Shown: in pieces, positions 8,232 to 17,418 of the stretch | How positions within the stretch are numbered: position 1 is the stretch's first letter | Layout: every line of letters starts with the position of its first letter | Assembly (NCBI GenBank): GCA_049287005.1 | Contig: JBAQEZ010000003.1 | Span: forward strand, 465,084 to 529,083 | Origin: Candidatus Moraniibacteriota bacterium | GTDB lineage: Bacteria > Patescibacteriota > Minisyncoccia > Moranbacterales > UBA1568 | DNA length: 64,000 nt | Reading direction: 5' to 3' | The notes under the pieces: model-generated | The model's input: only the letters and a program-made list of their open reading frames with translations | Told to the model about the DNA's origin: nothing | Database searches by the model: none | Translations under genes and position numbers: made by a program

Positions 8232-10283
8232 ATGGCACATCACGATCAACATGATATCACTTTTTTCGCCAAGACGAACTTCCGTAATAAGGAAAGGGTG
8301 TTCGGCATCAAGACGGACGATCGGCGTCGGCATATGTACGTCATCGGGAAGACGGGTATGGGCAAGACGAATCTGCTGGAGAATCTGGCGATACAGGATA
8401 TTCAGAAGGGGCATGGCATCGCGTTTATCGATCCTCACGGCGATACGGCGGAAAAATTGATCAAAGCCATTCCTTCCAATCGCATCAATGACGTCATTTA
8501 TCTGAATCCGTCTGATCAGGAGTTTCCAATCGCGTTCAATGTGATGGAAAAAGTCGATCCGGAATACCGGCATCTGGTTGCCTCTGGCCTGGTCGGCGTC
8601 TTCAAGAAAATTTGGGCGGATTCCTGGGGGCCGCGTCTCGAATATATTTTGCGTAATGCTATTCTGGCCTTGCTGGAATATCCGGGGAGTACGCTTCTCG
8701 GCGTCACGCGCATTCTGGTCGACAAATCCTATCGTGCTCGCGTGGTAGAGAAGATCACCGACCCGGTGGTACGCAGCTTTTGGGTAGACGAATTTTCGCA
8801 GTGGAACGATCGCGTGTTGCAGGAAGTGATTTCACCGATTCAGAACAAAGTCGGGCAGTTTCTTTCCAGTTCCCTGATCAGAAACATCGTGGGTCAAACA
8901 GTCTCGTCATTCAATATCCGTGAAGCGATGGATAGCCAGAAGATTCTTATTATCAATCTTTCCAAGGGACGGATCGGTGAGGATAACGGAGCGCTCCTCG
9001 GAGCGATGATGATCACCAAGATCCAGTTGGCCGCGATGGGACGCGTGGATATTCCCGAAGAAGATCGCAAGGACTTCTATCTGTATGTCGATGAATTTCA
9101 GAATTTCGCGACAGAATCATTTGCGAATATTCTTTCCGAAGCGCGCAAATACCACCTCAATCTCATTCTTGCCAATCAGTACGTGACGCAGATCGATGAG
9201 ACGGTACGGGATGCTATCTTCGGCAACGCCGGCTCCCTCATTTCTTTTCGTGTCGGCGCGATGGATGCGGAATTCTTGGAGAAAGAATTCGAACCGGTCT
9301 TCATGATGAACGATATCATCAATCTGCCGAAATATCAGATTTATCTGAAATTGATGATCGATGGTATCGCCGGGGATGCGTTTTCTGCGACGACGCTGCC
9401 GCCGATCAAACTTGAAGACGCCGGCAATGAGGCGAAAATCATCCAAAGTTCACGAGAACGGTATTCTTCAGGGAGAGCGGAAGTGGAAGACAAGATTCGC
9501 CGTTGGAGCGGAATGCTGACAGCGGAAGAGCGGCAGGCGATTGTTGATGAGCAGAAAACCGTCCCTCGTTCAGTTTCGGCGGCAGTGTCGGCACCAGCGC
9601 CAGCAGCGAAACAGCCGCCAAAAGATACTCCGTACCATGAGAAAAGTAAAAGCGTGCCAACGAATATCCGTACCGTGCGCCCGCAGACGCCGCCAGCCTC
9701 GGACAAGCTGTCGGCAAAAAATACGGAAGAACCGCTGAAACAGGATGATTTCAAACCGGCGCTCGCTCCCAAACGGGCACCCTTTGCTTCTTTGGCTGAC
9801 TTGGAACCTCAAGCCGTATCACTCGTAGGAGCATCGGTGGAGATCCCTCGACCAGTGACGGTATCCTCAGAACAAGATGTCGTTTCAGCGGCGTCAGAAA
9901 TGCCGGTCATACCGGAAAAGAAATTGTATCCGGCGCACTGCGCGAGTTGCGGGGCGGACATCGAAGTGCCATTCGTGCCGGACGGCAAACGCCCGACTTT
10001 CTGCAAGGATTGTTTGCGGGATTACCAGCGCTCGGTTGCCAAAGCGCGCAACGAGATAGGAACGAAGGGGAGTCCTCTCGAAACGGTACCTGCCACTCCT
10101 CCACCTACGCCGCACGCGCGCGTGGCACATCTCAAAACCTATACCTCCAGTGAGGCGCCGATGTCGCTTGCTCAGATGGGGCATATCGGACCGAAGAAAT
10201 TCAAATCGCTCCATCATCGTCCAGCTGTCAATCTGAGCGAGGTACGCGCTCTCATAGATGCCAGGAGAAAAGCGGAAGAATAA
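8232..10283 (+). CDS. Coupling-protein-like P-loop ATPase (VirD4/TraD/TrwB-like, FtsK-HerA superfamily) with a C-terminal zinc ribbon
   Basis: No N-terminal TM. Walker A is YVIGKTGMGKTN and a FIDPHGD motif follows 25 aa later. Walker B is LYVDEFQNF, then LILANQYVTQID. A Pro/Ala/Ser-rich linker leads to CASCGADIEVPFVPDGKRPTFCKDC (CxxC-x17-CxxC). Confidence 0.7.
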   Translation: MAHHDQHDITFFAKTNFRNKERVFGIKTDDRRRHMYVIGKTGMGKTNLLENLAIQDIQKGHGIAFIDPHGDTAEKLIKAIPSNRINDVIYLNPSDQEFPIAFNVMEKVDPEYRHLVASGLVGVFKKIWADSWGPRLEYILRNAILALLEYPGSTLLGVTRILVDKSYRARVVEKITDPVVRSFWVDEFSQWNDRVLQEVISPIQNKVGQFLSSSLIRNIVGQTVSSFNIREAMDSQKILIINLSKGRIGEDNGALLGAMMITKIQLAAMGRVDIPEEDRKDFYLYVDEFQNFATESFANILSEARKYHLNLILANQYVTQIDETVRDAIFGNAGSLISFRVGAMDAEFLEKEFEPVFMMNDIINLPKYQIYLKLMIDGIAGDAFSATTLPPIKLEDAGNEAKIIQSSRERYSSGRAEVEDKIRRWSGMLTAEERQAIVDEQKTVPRSVSAAVSAPAPAAKQPPKDTPYHEKSKSVPTNIRTVRPQTPPASDKLSAKNTEEPLKQDDFKPALAPKRAPFASLADLEPQAVSLVGASVEIPRPVTVSSEQDVVSAASEMPVIPEKKLYPAHCASCGADIEVPFVPDGKRPTFCKDCLRDYQRSVAKARNEIGTKGSPLETVPATPPPTPHARVAHLKTYTSSEAPMSLAQMGHIGPKKFKSLHHRPAVNLSEVRALIDARRKAEE

Positions 10284-10339
10284 TCACCTTGTTTCAAGGG
10301 GATATTTTTGGTATCATAAAAAAATGAACTGAGATATAT

Positions 10340-10450
10340 ATGAGTTTTCATAAATGGCATAAGCGTGCCTACAAAATCTGGGTGGTGGTGTCGATTCTCG
10401 TAGTCATATCTATGGTAGGGTTTCTTGTGGCGCCTTTTTTTCTTTCTTAA
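10340..10450 (+). CDS. Possible 36-aa single-TM peptide
   Basis: ATG..TAA encodes MSFHKWHKRAYKIWVVVSILVVISMVGFLVAPFFLS. It sits between the ATPase and ftsB and is below the ORF-track size cutoff. Confidence 0.3.
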   Translation: MSFHKWHKRAYKIWVVVSILVVISMVGFLVAPFFLS

Positions 10451-10453
10451 CCT

Positions 10454-10849
10454 ATGGCGGCGAAACAGAGATGGTGGATAAAGATAGTGATCGGCGCAGT
10501 GGTTATTTTGAGTGGTTGGGGCCTTTTCGTCTCTTTGAAGCAAGTGGAGAGGAGTCGCCGTATTCAGGAAGATATCTCCTCTCTGGAGGCTGAAGGTGCC
10601 AAGATACAGCGTGAAAATGAGACCCTTGCCCAGAGAATCAGTTATTTTGCTACGGATGATTATCGTGAACGCATAGCCAAGAGTCAGCTCGATTTGAAAA
10701 AAGCAGACGAAACAGTCGTGGAAATCAAGCTCCAGCCGGACGACACCACGGGAGGGAAGATCGCTTCAGAAAAGATGCGGCAGGTATCGGAGAGTGATGG
10801 AAGCGAGAATATGCCAAATTATAAAAAGTGGTGGAGAATATTTTTTTGA
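10454..10849 (+). CDS. ftsB: Septum formation initiator family protein (FtsB/DivIC-like)
   Basis: 131 aa with one TM followed by a coiled-coil (IQEDISSLEAEGAKIQRENETLAQRI). Confidence 0.65.
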   Translation: MAAKQRWWIKIVIGAVVILSGWGLFVSLKQVERSRRIQEDISSLEAEGAKIQRENETLAQRISYFATDDYRERIAKSQLDLKKADETVVEIKLQPDDTTGGKIASEKMRQVSESDGSENMPNYKKWWRIFF

Positions 10850-10869
10850 AAGGCCCATAACGAAAACAT

Positions 10870-11931
10870 ATGCCGCAGACGACAAAAAGTTTATTGAAAA
10901 AGATTCATACGAGTACGCTGTTGTACGCGATGCTTATCGTCCTCATGCTGGTCTTTGCGGGGAGTTTGATTGCCGTGTACGCTGTTCCTTCGGAGTCGAA
11001 TACCGCCCTGCATCGGTTGAAGAATGCATTGCCGTATCCGATAGTGATTATGAATTATCGCGATGGCATCACGTTCCGTGCGCTTGCTCAAAACATGACT
11101 TCGGTCAAGCGTTTCTATGAAACGCAGGACTTTTCCAAAGTCGGTTTGCGTGTCGATTTTTCTACGCCGGATGGCCAAAAACGTTTTCAGGTGAGAGAGA
11201 AAGAAGTACTCAATAAAATGATTGAAGATCAGGCCATTAAAATGGTGGCGAGAGAACAAGGCATCATCGTCAGCCGTGATGAGGCGACACAGGGGGTAGC
11301 GCGCAAATTGGAAGAATATGGCAGCGGCGAAGAGGTCAAGGGCGAGCTGGAGCGTCTGTACGGCTGGACTTTGGCTGATTTTGAAGAAAAGGTCGTCATG
11401 CCGAGCCTGTACCAAGAGAAACTGCAAGCACGTTTCGCGCAGGATGGAGACGCTTCGGCCGCGGCGAAAGAGAAAATTCTGGCTGCACAGGCCTCGTTGC
11501 AGGCCGGTCAATCTTTCTCCGATGTGGCGAAGAAATATTCAGAGGGTGACACCGCGCAAGATGGGGGTGATTTGGGATGGTTTGGACTCGCGGATTTGGT
11601 ACCGGAACTCCGTACGCTCGTCACGACACAGAAGATCGGAGTGCCAGGAGACGTGGTGGAGAGCGGGTTGGGCTTCCATATTGTTCTGGTAGAAGAAATG
11701 AAAAAAGAAGATACGAAGCAGCTGTATCGTCTGAAGCAGATTTTCACCCGAAAAACGACCTTCGCTGATTTCCTCTCTGAAAAGATGCGCGGACTCTCCG
11801 TGCTTGTCTTGTCTCCGGAATATCAGTGGGATGCCGAGGCGGCGCGCGTAGAATTCCGCAAGCAAGCATTGCGGGATTTCGAGAAAAATCTTTATGAACA
11901 GGCGGATGGCGACGCAGCGTTCCTCTTCTGA
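10870..11931 (+). CDS. Parvulin-type peptidyl-prolyl isomerase, SurA/PrsA-like membrane-anchored foldase
   Basis: N-terminal signal anchor. The rotamase motifs AKKYSEGDTAQDGGDLGWF and GFHIV are present. Confidence 0.8.
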   Translation: MPQTTKSLLKKIHTSTLLYAMLIVLMLVFAGSLIAVYAVPSESNTALHRLKNALPYPIVIMNYRDGITFRALAQNMTSVKRFYETQDFSKVGLRVDFSTPDGQKRFQVREKEVLNKMIEDQAIKMVAREQGIIVSRDEATQGVARKLEEYGSGEEVKGELERLYGWTLADFEEKVVMPSLYQEKLQARFAQDGDASAAAKEKILAAQASLQAGQSFSDVAKKYSEGDTAQDGGDLGWFGLADLVPELRTLVTTQKIGVPGDVVESGLGFHIVLVEEMKKEDTKQLYRLKQIFTRKTTFADFLSEKMRGLSVLVLSPEYQWDAEAARVEFRKQALRDFEKNLYEQADGDAAFLF

Positions 11932-11955
11932 GCGGCAGAAGGAAAGCTCTTTGTA

Positions 11956-13269
11956 ATGTTATCAATATATGCGTATATGGAAATTTTACAATCACCATCA
12001 CCGCGCATGAGTACTGATGCTCAAGTGGAATACGGCGCCTCCTCATCGCGCATCTTGACGCGGAACTATGTTCTGGCATCGCTCGCCATAGCGGCGCTTT
12101 GCGGTTTTGCCGGCGGTCTGGCTGCTCCGTTCGCGATGACTTTTTATCGGACGCACTGGACGCCTGACAAGGTTTCCTCTGATGCTGATGCCGCTGCCGA
12201 TCAGTCGGCGCAGACGAATAGTGCGGGGGGCGAGCTCATTTCTCGTCTGGTAGAGAAAAATTCCACCGGGGTCGTGAGCATTGTCATCAGCAAAGACGTG
12301 TCGAAGATACGCGACCTCGGGAACGGTTTCTTTCCGGGTTTTCCGTTTTTTACTCCATTCGACGTTCCGAAAAATGACAGTCAAAACAGTGGCGCTACGG
12401 AAAAACAAAAAATAGGCAGCGGATCAGGATTTTTCGTTTCGGCCGACGGTTTGATCATCACCAACAAGCACGTGGTGGCGGATGAGCAGGCCGACTATAC
12501 CGTGATCGCAAACGGCGGCAATGAATATCGGGCCAAGGTGCTGGCGCGTGATCCGAACAATGATATCGCCATCCTGAAGATCGAGGGCAGCAATTTTCCG
12601 ACATTGACGTTGGGCGACTCCGATCAGCTAAAAGTCGGGCAGACGGTCGTCGCTATCGGCAATGCTCTGGGTGAATTTTCAGATTCCGTCACGAGCGGTA
12701 TCGTGTCCGGATTGAAGCGGAGCGTGTCCGCGGGATCGGGTCTGGGTATGGAAGAACGATTGACAGATATCATCCAAACCGATGCCGCGATCAATCCGGG
12801 CAATTCCGGCGGACCGCTCTTCAATCTCTCCGGGGCTGTCATCGGTATCAATGTCGCCATGGCGCAGGGTGCCGAGAATGTCGGTTTTGCTCTGCCCATC
12901 AATTCGGTGAAACGCGTCATAGAACAGGTCAGTACGACGGGAAAAATTTCTGTCCCGTACATCGGTGTGCGGTATATCATTCTGAATGATGCGTTGCAAA
13001 AGGAAAATGACTTGCCGTACAATTATGGCGCGCTCGTGCTCCGTGGACGGAATATGACCGATTTCGCCGTGATTCCCGGGTCGCCTGCCGATGTGGCGGG
13101 ACTGGGAGAAAACGATATCATTCTTGAAATCAATGGCGCAAAGATTGATGAGAATCGCCCGCTCAGCAATGTTGTCAGCCAGTATAGCGCGGGCGACCAG
13201 ATCACGCTCACAGTCTGGCATAAGGGGAAGGAAACCGCTGTCAAGGTGACATTGGCCGAACGGAAGTAG
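11956..13269 (+). CDS. htrA: HtrA/DegP-family serine endopeptidase with PDZ domain
   Basis: Catalytic triad motifs TNKHVV (His), DIAILKI (Asp) and GNSGGPL (Ser) are all present. The C-terminus is a PDZ domain. Confidence 0.85.
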   Translation: MLSIYAYMEILQSPSPRMSTDAQVEYGASSSRILTRNYVLASLAIAALCGFAGGLAAPFAMTFYRTHWTPDKVSSDADAAADQSAQTNSAGGELISRLVEKNSTGVVSIVISKDVSKIRDLGNGFFPGFPFFTPFDVPKNDSQNSGATEKQKIGSGSGFFVSADGLIITNKHVVADEQADYTVIANGGNEYRAKVLARDPNNDIAILKIEGSNFPTLTLGDSDQLKVGQTVVAIGNALGEFSDSVTSGIVSGLKRSVSAGSGLGMEERLTDIIQTDAAINPGNSGGPLFNLSGAVIGINVAMAQGAENVGFALPINSVKRVIEQVSTTGKISVPYIGVRYIILNDALQKENDLPYNYGALVLRGRNMTDFAVIPGSPADVAGLGENDIILEINGAKIDENRPLSNVVSQYSAGDQITLTVWHKGKETAVKVTLAERK

Positions 13270-13400
13270 GGAGTTGGCAGCGCGCATCATGGGAAGGGGG
13301 TCTGAAAAGGCCTCTTTTCGTATCCATACCCCGTTCTTCCTGGTGGGATATGATATAGTGGATGTATTGCTTTCCCCCTGATTCCTGACGCTTCACGGTT

Positions 13401-14156
13401 ATGATTTTTCATTTTACTATTTTTTTCTGGACGATAATCTTTTCTTTGGGTCTTGAGTTTGTCGCGCTCAATCCGTTTTTTCCGACGTGGAGTTGGTATA
13501 TTTTTTCTATCCTTCCTCTCATTGTCATCTCGCTCATCGCGTGCCGAAAAATTACCAAGCGGTACGCGGATGTGTTCCTGCCGGGGTTGCTTTCGTTGGT
13601 GGCACCGACACTCCTTTCGCTGATTGATTATCCGGCTCAACGTCAAGCCTTCGTCATGGTGAGCGCGCTGATGTATTACTTCGCACTCCTCGGGCTGTAT
13701 CGCTTGCGTCATGCACCGGCGGACAAGACTGCCAAGGCCTTTCTGTATTCCGCCACCATGGCCGCGATGTTCTTTTTTTATGCCGGAGTGTATGGATTCT
13801 ATCTCAATTTTTCATTTCCTCTCTGGGGTCTGATGACCCTCTCTTTTTTCGGTACGGCGTTGACGAGCTACGAAACATTCCTCGGCGTAGCAACACAAGA
13901 GTATCGGCGTATGCGTCTGTATAGCATACTCCTTGGCCTCGTCATGGGGGAGATGGCCTGGGTGACAAGTTTTTGGCCATTCGGTTATTTGACGACCGGA
14001 GCAGTGACCTTGGTCTTCTTTTTTATCATCTGGGATATCGCGCTGGACGGCTTCCGGCAAAAGCTTTCGCTCAAGAAGGCTCTGTTTAGGATCCTCTTTT
14101 TCGTTGTATTGGTCGGTATCGTGCTGTACAGTACGCCGTGGCATATTCTGGTATAG
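13401..14156 (+). CDS. Hypothetical polytopic membrane protein
   Basis: 251 aa with about seven TM helices and no motif. It lies between the two HtrA-like genes. Confidence 0.5.
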   Translation: MIFHFTIFFWTIIFSLGLEFVALNPFFPTWSWYIFSILPLIVISLIACRKITKRYADVFLPGLLSLVAPTLLSLIDYPAQRQAFVMVSALMYYFALLGLYRLRHAPADKTAKAFLYSATMAAMFFFYAGVYGFYLNFSFPLWGLMTLSFFGTALTSYETFLGVATQEYRRMRLYSILLGLVMGEMAWVTSFWPFGYLTTGAVTLVFFFIIWDIALDGFRQKLSLKKALFRILFFVVLVGIVLYSTPWHILV

Positions 14157-14214
14157 GAGGGTTGCCAGAAAGAACCGAATGTGATATGAATGAAGACATT
14201 CTAAAGAACACTCT

Positions 14215-15369
14215 ATGTTTATGAAAGGTATCAAAAAGCTTCTTATGATCGTGCTGATAGGCATCGGTATCGTTGTTTTGGGAGGGATCGGGGGGGTACT
14301 GATCGATGCATACACGCCCAATCTGGCTTCTTGGCCCGTTCTCAATCATTTTAGTATTTTCAAGAAATTGACTGAACGCGTCACGGTCATCAATAAGACC
14401 GAGCAGGTCGTCATCCAGGAAGATGATTCCGTAGAGAAAATCGCCTCTCAGCCCGCAACGGCAGTGGTCAATATCGTCGTGTTGCCTGATGAGAACAAGA
14501 CCGTAAAAACAACAGCGACGACTATGACTGGCGTGCTCCTAACTAATGATGGTCTGATAGCGACCTACGGTGAGAAACCGCTTGTTGCCGCGGGATTTCA
14601 TTATGAGGTTTTGCTTTTTGATGGCACCAGCCACAAGGCGGATTTTTTCGGGTATGACACGCTCACCAATCTTTCTTTTTTGCGTCTGAATGACGGCACC
14701 AATACGCCGGCTATCGCGCTGGCTAATTCCGACGATGCTCGTGTTGGCAAGAAATTGATTGCTATCGGGAACGCTTTTACGGAATATCAGAATCGTCTTG
14801 CGATCGGTATCCTCGGCAATATCAATCATGCCTTCAATCTTTCCGGGAAAACGGTTTCTTCCTCCGAGAAGTTGGAGGGCGTCTTGGAAACGGATTTTAA
14901 TGCCTCAGAAAATTTCATCGGTGGTCCGGCTATCGGGTACAGCGGAGAGATGATCGGGCTCATAGGGACACTGAAGATAGACAATGTCGCGCGTACGTTC
15001 CTCATCCCTGCCAATGTGGTTCGTGAATCGCTGGATCGCGCTATCGGAGGCACGCTGGTCAAGCGTCCGGTGCTCGGCGTCTATTATCTCCCCATCACCA
15101 AAACGCTCGCTCTGGAGCTCGGTCTGGCACGCGATCATGGAGCGCTCATTTATTCTCCGTCTGGGAAAACGGGCCTCGCTCTCTTGGCCGATTCCAAGGC
15201 GATGAAAGCCGGGCTACAAGCGGGCGATCTGTTGGTGTCTATCAATGGTCAGGAAATCACTTCTGATAATCCGCTTTCTCGTATGCTTGGACGACGCAAT
15301 ACGGGCGATACGATAGAGTTGCTGTTTATTCGCGACGGGGAAGAAAAAAAGGTGAGTATCGTGCTCTAG
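14215..15369 (+). CDS. HtrA-like pseudo-protease with PDZ domain; catalytic triad apparently lost
   Basis: Trypsin-fold and PDZ architecture collinear with HtrA. The His, Asp and Ser positions read TNDGLI (His to Gly), NLSFLRL (Asp to Asn) and ENFIGGP (Ser lost). The alignment was done by eye. Confidence 0.55.
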   Translation: MFMKGIKKLLMIVLIGIGIVVLGGIGGVLIDAYTPNLASWPVLNHFSIFKKLTERVTVINKTEQVVIQEDDSVEKIASQPATAVVNIVVLPDENKTVKTTATTMTGVLLTNDGLIATYGEKPLVAAGFHYEVLLFDGTSHKADFFGYDTLTNLSFLRLNDGTNTPAIALANSDDARVGKKLIAIGNAFTEYQNRLAIGILGNINHAFNLSGKTVSSSEKLEGVLETDFNASENFIGGPAIGYSGEMIGLIGTLKIDNVARTFLIPANVVRESLDRAIGGTLVKRPVLGVYYLPITKTLALELGLARDHGALIYSPSGKTGLALLADSKAMKAGLQAGDLLVSINGQEITSDNPLSRMLGRRNTGDTIELLFIRDGEEKKVSIVL

Positions 15370-15474
15370 GCTGAAGCAGCGGAACAAGAAGGGAATGAGC
15401 GGTTGGTTGCTCATCAGAGGGAAATGCTTTATTATAGACATAAAGCGAGACCCTCTTTTTTTTAATGTATACAT

Positions 15475-16716
15475 ATGCGCCAGACACAACTCTTTACTCG
15501 GACGCAAAAGGACGCGCCCAAGGATGAAGTGAGTAAGAACGCCCAACTGCTTATCCGAGCCGGATTCGTCTACAAGGAAATGGCGGGGGTGTATGCCTAT
15601 CTTCCTCTTGGGCTGCGCGTTTTGAATAATATTATCGGCATTATCCGAGAAGAAATAAATACCATCGGCGGGCAAGAGCTCGCGCTGACTGCTCTGCAGG
15701 AAAAGGAATTGTGGCAGAAAACTGATCGTTGGGATGATGAGAAAGTGGATGTCTGGTTCAAGACTGCTTTGAAAAATGGGGCTGAAATCGGTTTGGGTTG
15801 GACCCATGAAGAACCGCTGACACGGCTGATGCAGAGACAGATTTCTTCCTATCGCGATCTGCCGGTGCTCGCGTATCAATTTCAGACGAAATTCCGCAAC
15901 GAGACGCGTGCCAAGTCCGGTATTATGCGGACGAGGGAGTTTATCATGAAAGACCTCTATTCTTTTGCGCGTACGGCAGAAGAGCATGCGGAAATATATG
16001 CCGCAGCGCGCGCAGCCTATATCAGGATTTTTGAACGCGTCGGTTTGGGCGAACAGACATATGCCGCGTTCGCATCGGGAGGAGCCTTCAGCAAATATTC
16101 CGAGGAATTCCAGACGGTGAGCGATGCCGGTGAAGATCTCATCTATATCGATGAAGCGAGCGGTCAGGCGCTCAATAAAGAAGTGCTGAACGATGAGGTG
16201 CTCCGCGATCTCGGATTGCAGGCGGAGAATCTCGTGGAGAAAAAATCTATCGAGGTGGGGAACATTTTCACCTTGGGAACGAAATTTTCAGAGCCGCTCG
16301 GATTGACATTCAAAGATGAATCGGGGAAGTCGCAACCGGTGATTATGGGTTGTTATGGTATCGGTCCGGGTCGCGTGATGGGAACCATCGCGGAAATCCT
16401 TTCCGATGAAGCGGGATTGGCGTGGCCGGAGAGCGTGGCGCCATTCAGAGTGCATCTGCTCTCGCTGGGTGCGGATGAGAAGGCGGAGGAAATTTATGCC
16501 GCGCTGACGGCTGCCGGTGTCGAGACGCTGTATGATGATCGCGATGAGCGGGCTGGAGAGAAATTTGCCGACAGTGATCTCATGGGTATTCCGTACCGCG
16601 TCGTTATCGGCAAACGTTCGCTCGAATCAGGACAAGCAGAAATCAAGAAACGTACCGAAGAAAAAACAGCAGAGATCGCTCTGGAAAAAATAATCGATTA
16701 TTTCACTCAAAAATAA
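15475..16716 (+). CDS. proS: Proline--tRNA ligase (short form without the insertion editing domain)
   Basis: N-terminal MRQTQLFTRTQKD and class II motifs (FRNE, GCYGIGPGR) match ProRS. It has a C-terminal anticodon-binding domain. Confidence 0.85.
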   Translation: MRQTQLFTRTQKDAPKDEVSKNAQLLIRAGFVYKEMAGVYAYLPLGLRVLNNIIGIIREEINTIGGQELALTALQEKELWQKTDRWDDEKVDVWFKTALKNGAEIGLGWTHEEPLTRLMQRQISSYRDLPVLAYQFQTKFRNETRAKSGIMRTREFIMKDLYSFARTAEEHAEIYAAARAAYIRIFERVGLGEQTYAAFASGGAFSKYSEEFQTVSDAGEDLIYIDEASGQALNKEVLNDEVLRDLGLQAENLVEKKSIEVGNIFTLGTKFSEPLGLTFKDESGKSQPVIMGCYGIGPGRVMGTIAEILSDEAGLAWPESVAPFRVHLLSLGADEKAEEIYAALTAAGVETLYDDRDERAGEKFADSDLMGIPYRVVIGKRSLESGQAEIKKRTEEKTAEIALEKIIDYFTQK

Positions 16717-17418
16717 ATGACACACACAACGAAAGAGCGCATCATTATTTCTCTCGGCGGATCGCTTTTGGTGCCAGACAATATAGATAGCGGATTTATT
16801 CGTCGGTTCAAGGATTTTATCGTCACGCATATAGGAAAAGGATATTCCTTTATTTTAGTGGTGGGAGGCGGAAAAACGGCGCGAAAATATATCGATGCGG
16901 CAGCGGATGTGACCGATATCGCTGACGACGACAAGGACTGGCTCGGTATTCACGCGACACGTATGAACGCGCATTTGGTGCGTACCGTTTTCCGCGAATT
17001 CGCTCATCCGCGGATCAATACCAATCCGCATGATTTGGAAGATTTCTATGACGCCAAAGAGCCGATCATCGTGGCAGGCGGTTGGCGGCCGGGGCGTTCG
17101 ACGGATTATGCGGCCGTGGTGCTGGGGAAGTATCTCGATGTGAAGCGTGTGGTGAATCTTTCGAATATCGATTACGCCTATGATAAGGATCCGCGTGCAT
17201 TTCCTGATGCGCAAAAGATAGAAGAGACGTCATGGAAAGAATTCCGCAAGATAGTGGGCAACGTTTGGAAACCGGGGATGAGCGCGCCGTTTGATCCCGT
17301 GGCGTCTCGGATGGCGGAAGAAGAAAAAATGGAAGTGGCCATCATGAATGGCGATGACCTGCAAAACGTATCGGAGTATATTCTCGGCAAGAAGTTCGTC
17401 GGCACCCTTATTAAATGA
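16717..17418 (+). CDS. pyrH: UMP kinase, archaeal-type
   Basis: Amino-acid-kinase fold. IISLGGSLLVP, VVGGGKTARKYI and GGWRPGRSTDYAAV are collinear with archaeal PyrH. Confidence 0.75.
   Translation: MTHTTKERIIISLGGSLLVPDNIDSGFIRRFKDFIVTHIGKGYSFILVVGGGKTARKYIDAAADVTDIADDDKDWLGIHATRMNAHLVRTVFREFAHPRINTNPHDLEDFYDAKEPIIVAGGWRPGRSTDYAAVVLGKYLDVKRVVNLSNIDYAYDKDPRAFPDAQKIEETSWKEFRKIVGNVWKPGMSAPFDPVASRMAEEEKMEVAIMNGDDLQNVSEYILGKKFVGTLIK

Noticed and set aside
12679-13290. 203-aa minus-strand ORF
   Set aside because: It is antisense to htrA.
15214-15987. 257-aa minus-strand ORF
   Set aside because: It overlaps the proS 5' half in antisense. proS shows class II motifs.
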